Assembly (NCBI GenBank): GCA_965248925.1 | Contig: CBDFLE010000006.1 | Coordinates: 1,696,001 to 1,760,000 of the forward strand | Length of the DNA stretch: 64,000 nt | Direction of reading: 5' to 3' | Source: Candidatus Multivoradales bacterium | GTDB taxonomy: Bacteria; Acidobacteriota; Thermoanaerobaculia; Multivoradales; J023 | Part shown: one piece after another, positions 49,754-57,948 of the stretch | Layout of the letters: each line of letters starts with the position of its first letter | Numbering within the stretch: the stretch's first letter is position 1 | Notes under the pieces: model-generated | What the model saw: only the letters and a program-made list of their open reading frames with translations | Database searches by the model: none | What the model was told of the DNA's origin: nothing | Position numbers and translations under genes: made by a program

Positions 49754-51655
49754 GTGCAGACAGTGCGCCACAACTGGGTCGACATTCAGAATCCCCTGGC
49801 CCCCGAGCCCGGCTCCCTCGATGTCAAGCTCTCCGAGAGCTTCCGCTACACCGGTCGCCAGGGCCTGATGTCGGAGAAGCAGACCCGCTACCAATTCTTC
49901 GCCGGCAACTACGCCTTCACCACCGGCTTCGCCTTCGACACCCAGGGCAATTTGTCACAACTCGATTACCCCAGCTGTCAGCACGCCGACGGCGGCTGCG
50001 CCACCAACGATCCGCAGCGCACGGTGAATTTCAACTACGAGAAGGGTATGCTCAGGTCCGTGCCCGGCTTCGCCAACAACCTCACCTACCAGAGCGGTGG
50101 CATGCTGCACCAGCTCACCCACGGCGATGGTGTGGTCGACACCCAGGAAGTCAGCAGCTCCAACGGCCTCGCCCGGCCGCACCAGCTGACCACCTCAGCG
50201 GGCTGGAGCAGCGGCATTTTCGCCTACGACGGAGCCGGCAATATCTCCGCCATCGGCAACCTGGACTACCGTTATGACCGCCTCGGCCGATTACGCTCCG
50301 GCCAGACCTCCGTCGGCGCCACCCGCTTCACCCAGACGGCGACCTATGACAATTTCGGCAACATCCAGCAACTATCAACACCCGGTTTCGCGGCTCTCAA
50401 CCTCAACCCCAGCGCCACCACCAACCGCCTCGGCCTCTCAGGCGCCCAATACGACGCTGCCGACAATCTGACCGACATCACCCTCGGCAGCGAGAGCTTC
50501 GACTATGCCTTCGACGGCGCCAACATGATGAAGCATTTGCGCTCGAACACCGATCAAGCGCGGGTCTTCATCTACAACGCCAGCGACGAGCGGATCCTCA
50601 CCTTCGACTGCTTCGGCCCCGGCGCCACCAGCACTTGCACCACCCAGCCCGCCAGCCTCACCTGGACCCTGCGCGGCTTACAGAACGAGGTTCTGCGAGT
50701 CTATGATCAGCCAGCCGGAGGCGCATTCGGCTGGAGTCGAGATTATGTGCACCGAGGCGGCCGGCCGCTAGCCACCATCGAGCCCGACGGCAGCGGAGGT
50801 GAGCTGACTTCGCACCTGCACCTTGATCACCTGGGCACACCACGGCAGATCACACGTGGTGGTCAGCAAGTTACGTTGCACAACTACTACCCCTTTGGTC
50901 AAGAGGCGACCAGCGCGGGGGCTGATGAGATTCAGCTGAAATTTACAGGGCATGAGCGGGACAAGACCGGGACCGGGGTGAGGAGCGAGCTGGACTATAT
51001 GCATGCGCGGCATTGCAGCCCGGTGGTGGGGCGGTTCTTGAGTGTGGATCCGGCGAAGTCCGCCAAGCCCGGCGCCCCGGGAAGCTGGAACCGCTATTCC
51101 TATGCGGCCAACAATCCGATCAACGAGATCGATGTCGATGGGCGAGAGAGCCGTGCAGCTCTAGCGTTGGAAATGGACATTCAACGTCTGTTGAAAGGAG
51201 AGATCACGCAGGAGCAGTACATTGAGAACATCAATGCTCGCGGCAGAGGTGCGTTGCTGGCTGCCAGTCTTCTCTCGCCAGTCGACGAGACGACTCTTGT
51301 TGTCGCTGCTACTCGCAAGGTAGCTCCCCGTCTTGCAGGAAGGGTAAGTGCGGCATTTGCGCGGCTTGGTAAGTTTCTACGTAGTGGAAAGAATGGATCT
51401 AAGAGTTCGCCGAATGCTTCGCCGAATTTCCGTCGGCCGACCAACTCCCCGCAAGACCCTCCCTCGTCACTTCCAGCTGGGCACTCGGTAAGACGCATGC
51501 CGCCTACAGAACAATACCCTAACGGTTACTGGAGGCAGTACAATCAACACGGCCAACCGGTGAATCCGGCCACAGGAAAACCTCCCTCGAATGTGACTAG
51601 AGCAGAAGCCAGAGCGCAGACACATATTGACTTGCCGCCAGAAGGAGGTGGTTAA
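49754..51655 (+). CDS. Orphan Rhs core plus alternative C-terminal toxin
   Basis: About 1.3 kb nearly identical to 46427-47730, diverging after RFLSVDP; C-terminus [30 protein letters not shown]. Confidence 0.88.
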   Translation: MQTVRHNWVDIQNPLAPEPGSLDVKLSESFRYTGRQGLMSEKQTRYQFFAGNYAFTTGFAFDTQGNLSQLDYPSCQHADGGCATNDPQRTVNFNYEKGMLRSVPGFANNLTYQSGGMLHQLTHGDGVVDTQEVSSSNGLARPHQLTTSAGWSSGIFAYDGAGNISAIGNLDYRYDRLGRLRSGQTSVGATRFTQTATYDNFGNIQQLSTPGFAALNLNPSATTNRLGLSGAQYDAADNLTDITLGSESFDYAFDGANMMKHLRSNTDQARVFIYNASDERILTFDCFGPGATSTCTTQPASLTWTLRGLQNEVLRVYDQPAGGAFGWSRDYVHRGGRPLATIEPDGSGGELTSHLHLDHLGTPRQITRGGQQVTLHNYYPFGQEATSAGADEIQLKFTGHERDKTGTGVRSELDYMHARHCSPVVGRFLSVDPAKSAKPGAPGSWNRYSYAANNPINEIDVDGRESRAALALEMDIQRLLKGEITQEQYIENINARGRGALLAASLLSPVDETTLVVAATRKVAPRLAGRVSAAFARLGKFLRSGKNGSKSSPNASPNFRRPTNSPQDPPSSLPAGHSVRRMPPTEQYPNGYWRQYNQHGQPVNPATGKPPSNVTRAEARAQTHIDLPPEGGG

Positions 51656-52011
51656 TGTACGGGCTTTCTAAGGGCGAGAATCTAGGTTTTCTTAAAGGTG
51701 TCAAATTGCTTCAGCTTTGCATCGGTTCCAATGAGGTGATATTGAATTTCAGCAGAGGTATTTCGATCACGATCGAGTCCAGACTAGATTTTCTTGCCCC
51801 TGCTCAGAGCAGTGTCACTTTGGAGGCTGGCCCAGCATCGGCTGCTACGTTGGCAAAGCTCATTTCGGACACCATCACAGGAGTTCGTGGTTCCTCAGAT
51901 GGTACAATCCATTTATCGTTCGCAAAGGGGACTGGCTTGGTAATCCATGATTCATCAGGAGAGTACGAGAGTTATCAGATCAAGCGCGGAAATGAAATTA
52001 TTGTAGTTTGA
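51655..52011 (+). CDS. Putative immunity protein of the orphan Rhs toxin
   Basis: TAATG overlap with the toxin stop; 118 aa. Confidence 0.72.
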   Translation: MYGLSKGENLGFLKGVKLLQLCIGSNEVILNFSRGISITIESRLDFLAPAQSSVTLEAGPASAATLAKLISDTITGVRGSSDGTIHLSFAKGTGLVIHDSSGEYESYQIKRGNEIIVV

Positions 52012-52263
52012 ACTGACTGAAGCCCCAGTCACGTTGCAGTACCGGCACCTAAGTTCAGAGTTGTTCTTTTTTTCATACTTTCAAAACTACACTTCTCTTA
52101 GATCTCAGGGGCGGAATCACTTCTCCGCATACCAGGGAATCATTCAAGAGTCTGTCGCCAGCCAGGCCGAGGGTGTAATTCGACGTTTCCTGCGAGGAAA
52201 CCCGGCGATTCTCGAGAAGATACAGACCAACGGCGATTTTTCGTCAGAGGACCTAAACAAGAT

Positions 52264-53536
52264 CACTGCTGTCCCGCTAACTTCACAAAAAAATAGGCTC
52301 AGAACCTCCCGGTATTGATAGAATCAGTCAACACTAAACAACTGATTCGAAGGGAGATCTGAACCTTGGCACACCATAGCACTGTCTTCGCCCAGCTGCT
52401 ACAACTGATTTCGAGACATGAATTCGAGGCCCTCGCAAAACGCCACCTCGCCGGTCGCCAGTTCCGCACTGCGAGCCGCTGGTCGCAGCTGGTGGCTCTG
52501 ATGATGGCCCAGCTGTCCGGGCGTTCTAGCTTGCGCGACATCGTTGACAATCTACGAGCGCAGCGGCACAAGCTCTACCATCTCGGCTGCCGAGTCCTGT
52601 CGCGATCCAACTTGGCACGGATCAACGAAGAGAAGCCCTATCTCCTTTTTGAAGAGCTATTTGGGAGACTTCTGGGCCGTGCTCAAGCAGTGGCGCCCAA
52701 GCATACGTTCCGGTTCAAGAACCGCTTGTTCTCGCTTGACGCCTCGGTGATAGACCTTTGTCTGTCGATATTCCCGTGGGCGAAGTTTCGTACGACCAAG
52801 GGAGCGATCAAGCTGCATGTGGGGTTGGATCACGGTGGCTACTTGCCTGCCTTCGTTGCGATCTCGGATGGAAAAACAGGTGACATCGCGGGCTGCAAGA
52901 GCCTGACGCTGCCACGAGGAAGCATCGTAGCTTGTGATCGTGGTTACAACAGCTACAGCTGGTTTCGTCAGCTGAGCGAGAAGGGTCTTTTCTTTGTGAC
53001 CCGTCTGAAGCGCGGGGCCAAGTACCGCGTGACCGAGCGTCGAAAAGTCAATCGTTCCAAGGGTTTGATGAGCGACCAAACGATCGAGTGGACCGGTGTG
53101 AAGGCGTGTCGTGACTGTCCGATGCCTCTGCGGAGAGTAGGCTATCGCGACCCCGAGACCGGCAAGATCTACTATTTCTTGACGAACCTGTTCCGCCTGT
53201 CACCTCAGACCATTGCCGAGATCTACCACGAACGTTGGCAAATTGAACTCTTCTTCAAGTGGATCAAGCAGAATCTGAAGATCAAGACTTTCGTCGGCAC
53301 CAGCCGCAACGCCGTGCTGACTCAGCTTTGGATTGCCATGTGCGTCTACCTCTTACTCGCTTTCATCAAGCACAAGCACCGTCTTTCCAGTAGTTTACAA
53401 GAGGCCTTGCGCCTCCTTCAATTGAACCTCTTTGAGCGCCGCGACCTCATGGCCCTCTTGAAACGAGAGCCGCCGCCGATCCCAGAACTAGACGAAAGAC
53501 AACTGGTAATTGCTGGAAGTTAACGGGACAGCAGTG
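52264..53536 (+). mobile_element. IS4-family insertion sequence
   Basis: 21 bp IRs CACTGCTGTCCCG[C/T]TAACTTC; 9 bp target duplication AAACAAGAT at 52255-52263 and 53537-53545. Confidence 0.95.
52366..53523 (+). CDS. IS4-family DDE transposase
   Basis: LDASVI, IKLHVGLD, DRGY, YHERWQIELFFKWIKQNL. Confidence 0.95.
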   Translation: MAHHSTVFAQLLQLISRHEFEALAKRHLAGRQFRTASRWSQLVALMMAQLSGRSSLRDIVDNLRAQRHKLYHLGCRVLSRSNLARINEEKPYLLFEELFGRLLGRAQAVAPKHTFRFKNRLFSLDASVIDLCLSIFPWAKFRTTKGAIKLHVGLDHGGYLPAFVAISDGKTGDIAGCKSLTLPRGSIVACDRGYNSYSWFRQLSEKGLFFVTRLKRGAKYRVTERRKVNRSKGLMSDQTIEWTGVKACRDCPMPLRRVGYRDPETGKIYYFLTNLFRLSPQTIAEIYHERWQIELFFKWIKQNLKIKTFVGTSRNAVLTQLWIAMCVYLLLAFIKHKHRLSSSLQEALRLLQLNLFERRDLMALLKREPPPIPELDERQLVIAGS

Positions 53537-53607
53537 AAACAAGATAGGGAGCGCTTTGAAGGAGGCTTCAAGACAGGGATCTTTCAGAGCTGGATACCAA
53601 TCCATCC

Positions 53608-53760
53608 ATGGGTTCCGATGAACTAGGCAGATCTAGCCAGCGTTTGGTAGGCCGCAATGCTGAGGTTGTCCGGAACCCTCGGACTGGCGAGATTATCTCG
53701 GTAAATCCAACCTCAACGAAGAAGGCCCAGCGGCTTCTACGGAGACTCGAAGACCAATGA
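53608..53760 (+). pseudogene. Orphan toxin-tip remnant homologous to the main Rhs C-terminus
   Basis: Translates as DELGRSSQRLVGRNAEVVRNPRTGEIISVNP, versus DDLGRPFRIFHGQNARVVVNPKSGRIVSTNP in the main Rhs. Confidence 0.75.
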
Positions 53761-53999
53761 TTCGGCTGTCCCAAGGGGATATCGACTTTCTCCTCAGAAT
53801 ACTTGTGCTTCCGCCCAGTCTCATCGAGAGCTTGGAACGTGCTTCAGCGAAGGGAGGTACTCTCGAAGATAGAGCGGCAGATACGATCCGAGATTTCTGT
53901 GGGGAGCGGCTTCAAACGCATGGCATTGGGCTCAATTACGAGCCGACCAAAGAAGGGAAGAAACTAGAGCAGATGATTGACCGACTCCTCGTAGACTAA
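53757..53999 (+). CDS. Orphan immunity protein, paralog of 48346-48642
   Basis: GIGLNYEPTKEGKKLEQMIDRL; ATGA overlap with the toxin remnant. Confidence 0.75.
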   Translation: MIRLSQGDIDFLLRILVLPPSLIESLERASAKGGTLEDRAADTIRDFCGERLQTHGIGLNYEPTKEGKKLEQMIDRLLVD

Positions 54000-54059
54000 G
54001 ATTCCTCACTGCTGTCCCTACCGGCAGAGGTGCCGGCTAGTTGGCAGTCGTTTCGTAGC

Positions 54060-54084
54060 AGCCCGGCTTTGGTCGGGCTTTTGT
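54060..54084 (+). terminator. Probable intrinsic terminator
   Basis: AGCCCGGC-TTTG-GTCGGGCT stem-loop followed by T-rich sequence. Confidence 0.55.
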
Positions 54085-54095
54085 GTGTCTTAGAT

Positions 54096-54289
54096 TAGGT
54101 GCCATCCCAACAGCGTGCCAACAGCGTGCCACCCACCTCGGCAAAAATTCACTACAGCCTCTGTTTCTCAGCTCCGCAAAGTTCACTCTCTCGTCGATGG
54201 GTGCTCTTATCGGGTGCCCATCGACGAGAATTCGTGGTTCCTAGCCTAGCGATTGTCCATTGAGCAAGTCTGCCAACCGCTCGTCATTG
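54096..54289 (+). repeat. ~190 bp non-coding repeat with hairpin, copy 2
   Basis: Aligns with 49277-49468; hairpin at 54190-54228. Confidence 0.85.
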
Positions 54290-54391
54290 CCTTCGGGTGC
54301 GATCGGGACACACCTCACCCTGTTGATTGAGAAGTTAATTCCGGTTGTTTGCGATCTCTCTTGGCAGCAGAGACCCTCGTGAAGTAGCAGC

Positions 54392-55360
54392 CTATCCAGG
54401 CACCCGGATCGGCCCCGCTCTACTTCCTGGTCGCTCAAAGTCACTCGAAACACAGGGCCGTGGGGGCGGAAAACAGCTCGGCGGAAACTCTACCGAGTAG
54501 TCGCCTGCCCGCAAGCGGCCGGCCGCCTGCCGGTATGCCTCGACGAAGAGGCGGTAAGCCTCCTTCAACTGCCTGCGGACGGCTCTCGATGCTGCATGGA
54601 CAGCTGGCGCCGGAGATCTCTTGGTGCGAGCAGGCCGCTTGTGCGGGTGCTGTTTGCGGATCACTGCCGCACCCAGGGGTACGGAGCCGCCGAGTACCAC
54701 CCGTCGGGCGCTTTCAGCATCGACCTCCGCGACCATCTCGGTAAGACGCCGTCGAATTTCATCAGACGGCAGGTGCCGCCAGCAGGGCAGCGGATCCAGC
54801 CGCAGGGTATGGCGTTTGGTGAAGGTCTCAGAGTTGACCTCCTGGTCACGGCGGTTGGCCTCGTACTCGAGACTGCGGTCACGCCAAATCCCCTCGAGAG
54901 GTTTGCCTTGGGTGAGAGCTTCGATGCACTGCAGCCCAGGCCACTCCCGGCAGCGGAGCACCAGATTCTCTTTCGGGCCGTGGCTGATCACATAGCGCAG
55001 TCTGGAAACCAACGCCGCCTCTTCGCTGCTGACTTCGATACCTCGGAACCGGCGGCCCCAGAATTTCTCCGGCCAGTCGACAATGAGATTTGCTTCGCGG
55101 GCAAGGTTGCCGTTGACGTACTCCATGAAGCCGGACAGATCCTTGACGGTGGCGGCTCCGAGCAGGAAGTGGAGGTGGTTGAGGAGGCCACCGAAAGCGT
55201 AGATCTCCACCGGATGGAGCTGCTGGGCGCGGGCGATGATGCCGATCGCAATGCTGCGGAAGTGCTCGCCAGCAGGTAGCAGGTATCGGCTTTGGAGGCA
55301 GCGCGTCGTGACTTCGAAGATGGCGCCGCCGGGGCGAATGTGTCGGAGTTGTCTTCCCAT
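54392..55360 (-). CDS. HUH/Y1 transposase (RAYT / IS200-like)
   Basis: FEVTTRC, LNHLHFLL, FWGRRF, LRYV..NLV..WPG. Confidence 0.8.
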   Translation of the reverse strand: MGRQLRHIRPGGAIFEVTTRCLQSRYLLPAGEHFRSIAIGIIARAQQLHPVEIYAFGGLLNHLHFLLGAATVKDLSGFMEYVNGNLAREANLIVDWPEKFWGRRFRGIEVSSEEAALVSRLRYVISHGPKENLVLRCREWPGLQCIEALTQGKPLEGIWRDRSLEYEANRRDQEVNSETFTKRHTLRLDPLPCWRHLPSDEIRRRLTEMVAEVDAESARRVVLGGSVPLGAAVIRKQHPHKRPARTKRSPAPAVHAASRAVRRQLKEAYRLFVEAYRQAAGRLRAGDYSVEFPPSCFPPPRPCVSSDFERPGSRAGPIRVPG

Positions 55361-55776
55361 ACCCCCCAGAGACGACAGGAGGGACTCCAATCTTGTCGGT
55401 TCGGGCGAGAAACTTCGAAAACCCTGCGGAAGATCTGGTGCGCTACATCTTGTGTAGAGTGTAAGCTGTTGAAAATAAGGGAATACGACTTGGGTGGCAC
55501 CCTGAAAGGGTCCGGGCACGATAGCTGCGACCGACACTGAAGGACGCGAGACCACCCAGCGATGTACGCCTTGCTACCGACGCCGACCAGACATAGCATC
55601 ACGACTCCTCTGGGAGGTCGCCGTGGGACACGTCTGGCGCCAACCATCGAAGCCGCGGTGGCCTCCCCTTTTGCACACCCCGATCATCCGCGATGCGCCA
55701 AACCCGAATCTAGCTGAACTTGGCCCTATCTGGAACCTGAAGCCATGGCGGTCACGAAACCGCGTGGGACCCTATA

Positions 55777-56219
55777 GTATGGCGTTTGGTGAAGGTCTCA
55801 GAGTTGACCTCCTGGTCACGGCGGTTGGCCTCGTACTCGAGACTGCGGTCACCTCAAATCCCCTCTAGAGGTTTGCCCTGGGTGAGAGCTTCGATGCACA
55901 GCAGCCCTGGCCACTCCCGGCAGCGGAGCACCAGATTCTCCTTCGGGCCGTGGCTGATCACATAACGTAGTCTGGAAACCAACGCCGCCTCTTCGCTGCT
56001 GACTTCGATACCTCGGAACCGGCGCCCCCAGAATTTCTCCGGCCAGTCGACAATGAGATTTGCTGCGCGGGCAAGCTTGCCGTTGACGTACTCCATGAAG
56101 CCGGATAGATCTTTGACGTTGGCGGCTCCGAGGAGGAAGTGACGGTGGTTGAGGAGGCCGCCGAAAGCATGGATCTCCACCAGATGGCGCAGCTGGGCGC
56201 GAGCGATGATGCCGATCGC
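55777..56219 (-). pseudogene. Partial duplicate of the HUH transposase
   Basis: Copies 54807-55249; TGG changed to TGA at 55854, NHLH changed to NHRH, both ends missing. Confidence 0.85.
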
Positions 56220-56332
56220 CACAGGCACCACCGCAACGCCTGATCGACGACGACCCACCGCGAAGCATGGTCTGCGGGTAGAATCGGACGCAGATCTCAA
56301 TTGACTTCTCAGGGGGCGCAAAGATGGCTACT
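56215..56332 (+). repeat. Right copy of the ~120 bp direct repeat, includes the parA start
   Basis: Aligns with 42535-42653. Confidence 0.88.
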
Positions 56333-56989
56333 GCCAGTTGCCACATTGTCTCAATCGCCAACTCCAAAGGCGGAGTCGGCAAGTCGACGATCGCCACTCA
56401 CCTGGCGGTCGAGGGCGCTGCCGCCGGGCTGCGAGTGCTGTTGGTCGATACCGACCCACAGGCGTCGAGCACCCTCTTCTGCGCCACCCGCGACCCGTCT
56501 CGCCCCGCTTTCAGCGTGGTGCAGCTGACCAAGCCAATCCTGCACCGTGAGTTGCCTAAGCTCACCGCGCCCTACGACTTGGCAATCGTCGACACCATGG
56601 GCCGAGAAGGTGCTACTTTTCGCTCGGCCTTGAGTGCCGCCGATACCATCTTGGTTCCGATCACCCCCAGCGCCTTCGACATCTGGGCCAGCGAAGATGT
56701 CTTCACCGTGATCGAAGAGATCGGCACTAGCCGAGACCATCTCCGCACTCGGGTGCTGCTCAATATGGTAATCCCTCGCACCGTGATCGCCCGCGAGGCG
56801 CTAGACGCCTTGGACGACTTGCTCGACGACCAACCGGCGCAGCTGCTCGATAGCCGGCTGCACGCCCGGGTAGCCTGGAAGATGGCCAGCGCCAAGGGCC
56901 TCTCGGTGCGCGAGTTCGAGCCCCGCGGAGCCGCCGCCAAGGAACTTGCAGCCCTGTGTCGAGAACTCGGCTTCTGGCCGCCTGCCTGA
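56324..56989 (+). CDS. parA: ParA-family ATPase (short type, no adjacent parB)
   Basis: KGGVGKST, DTDPQAS, IVDT, VPITPSAFD. Confidence 0.88.
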   Translation: MATASCHIVSIANSKGGVGKSTIATHLAVEGAAAGLRVLLVDTDPQASSTLFCATRDPSRPAFSVVQLTKPILHRELPKLTAPYDLAIVDTMGREGATFRSALSAADTILVPITPSAFDIWASEDVFTVIEEIGTSRDHLRTRVLLNMVIPRTVIAREALDALDDLLDDQPAQLLDSRLHARVAWKMASAKGLSVREFEPRGAAAKELAALCRELGFWPPA

Positions 56990-57948
56990 CTCGCCCTAGT
57001 CACTCCCTTCCCCTGCTCCAGGTGGCCCCTGAACCTTGACCTCGAACGCCCGCCCGGCTTGCAAGCGGGCCAAGTGCCGCCGCAGGGTCGCCGGACGGGC
57101 GGCGAAGAAGCCCTCCAAACCCTTGGCCATTGCTTCGAACCGTCACCCGACACCAAACTCAGCCGCCAAAGTGCGGTAGTGATCGAGGCGGCCGGCAAGG
57201 AAATCCCCGTTAGCCGATGGTTCATTACCTCGCAGGAAAGCGTCAGAAAGCGCTGCCGAAACACCGCGCTATTGGCCAACAGGTCACCCAACAACATCAC
57301 CCGTGGACCGTCACCACCCGGCCCGCCGACGTCGAGGAACGAACTCAGGCTGTCGAGCCCCGCGACCTTCGCACCGGCTCCGTGCGGCAGACCAAAACTC
57401 ATGTCCATATCCCACGGAATCCTCTGCCAACGAGCGTCAGACCGAGTTTCGTCGAGAATCAGCAGTCCTTGAAGACGATCGTTGGTGGCGCAGAAGTGAA
57501 TGGTCAGGAACCAGCGGCTGAGGTTGTCGAGGTCGACCCTCCTCTCGGCCTCCTCCAGGGACAGAGGACCGGCCGCGCGCAGCCAGCTCATCAAATGCTC
57601 ATACCGGGAAGCGTCACCAGCTCGCACCAGCGGCAGCGGTGCATTGCGGTTGAACTGGGTGTGCATGACAACGAGACGGTCGTGACCAAAGCGAGCCCGG
57701 AGGTAGTCCTGGTCGAGGTATTCGGTCAATGCCCTAAGGCCTAGGTAACGACCGTTGAGGAACACCGCCGCGGGCTCGGTCAGAGGGGTGACGATACCTA
57801 TCTGGCGGCCAATATCGTAGGCCAGAAGGCTCATGAACTGCCAGTGATTACCGTTGGGGCCACCCCCTACATCCAGACGCACCACCAACTGCCGAAGCTG
57901 ACCATCCCGGCGCCCCGGCAAGACGGCGGGTACAAGCGGGTCGGAGTC

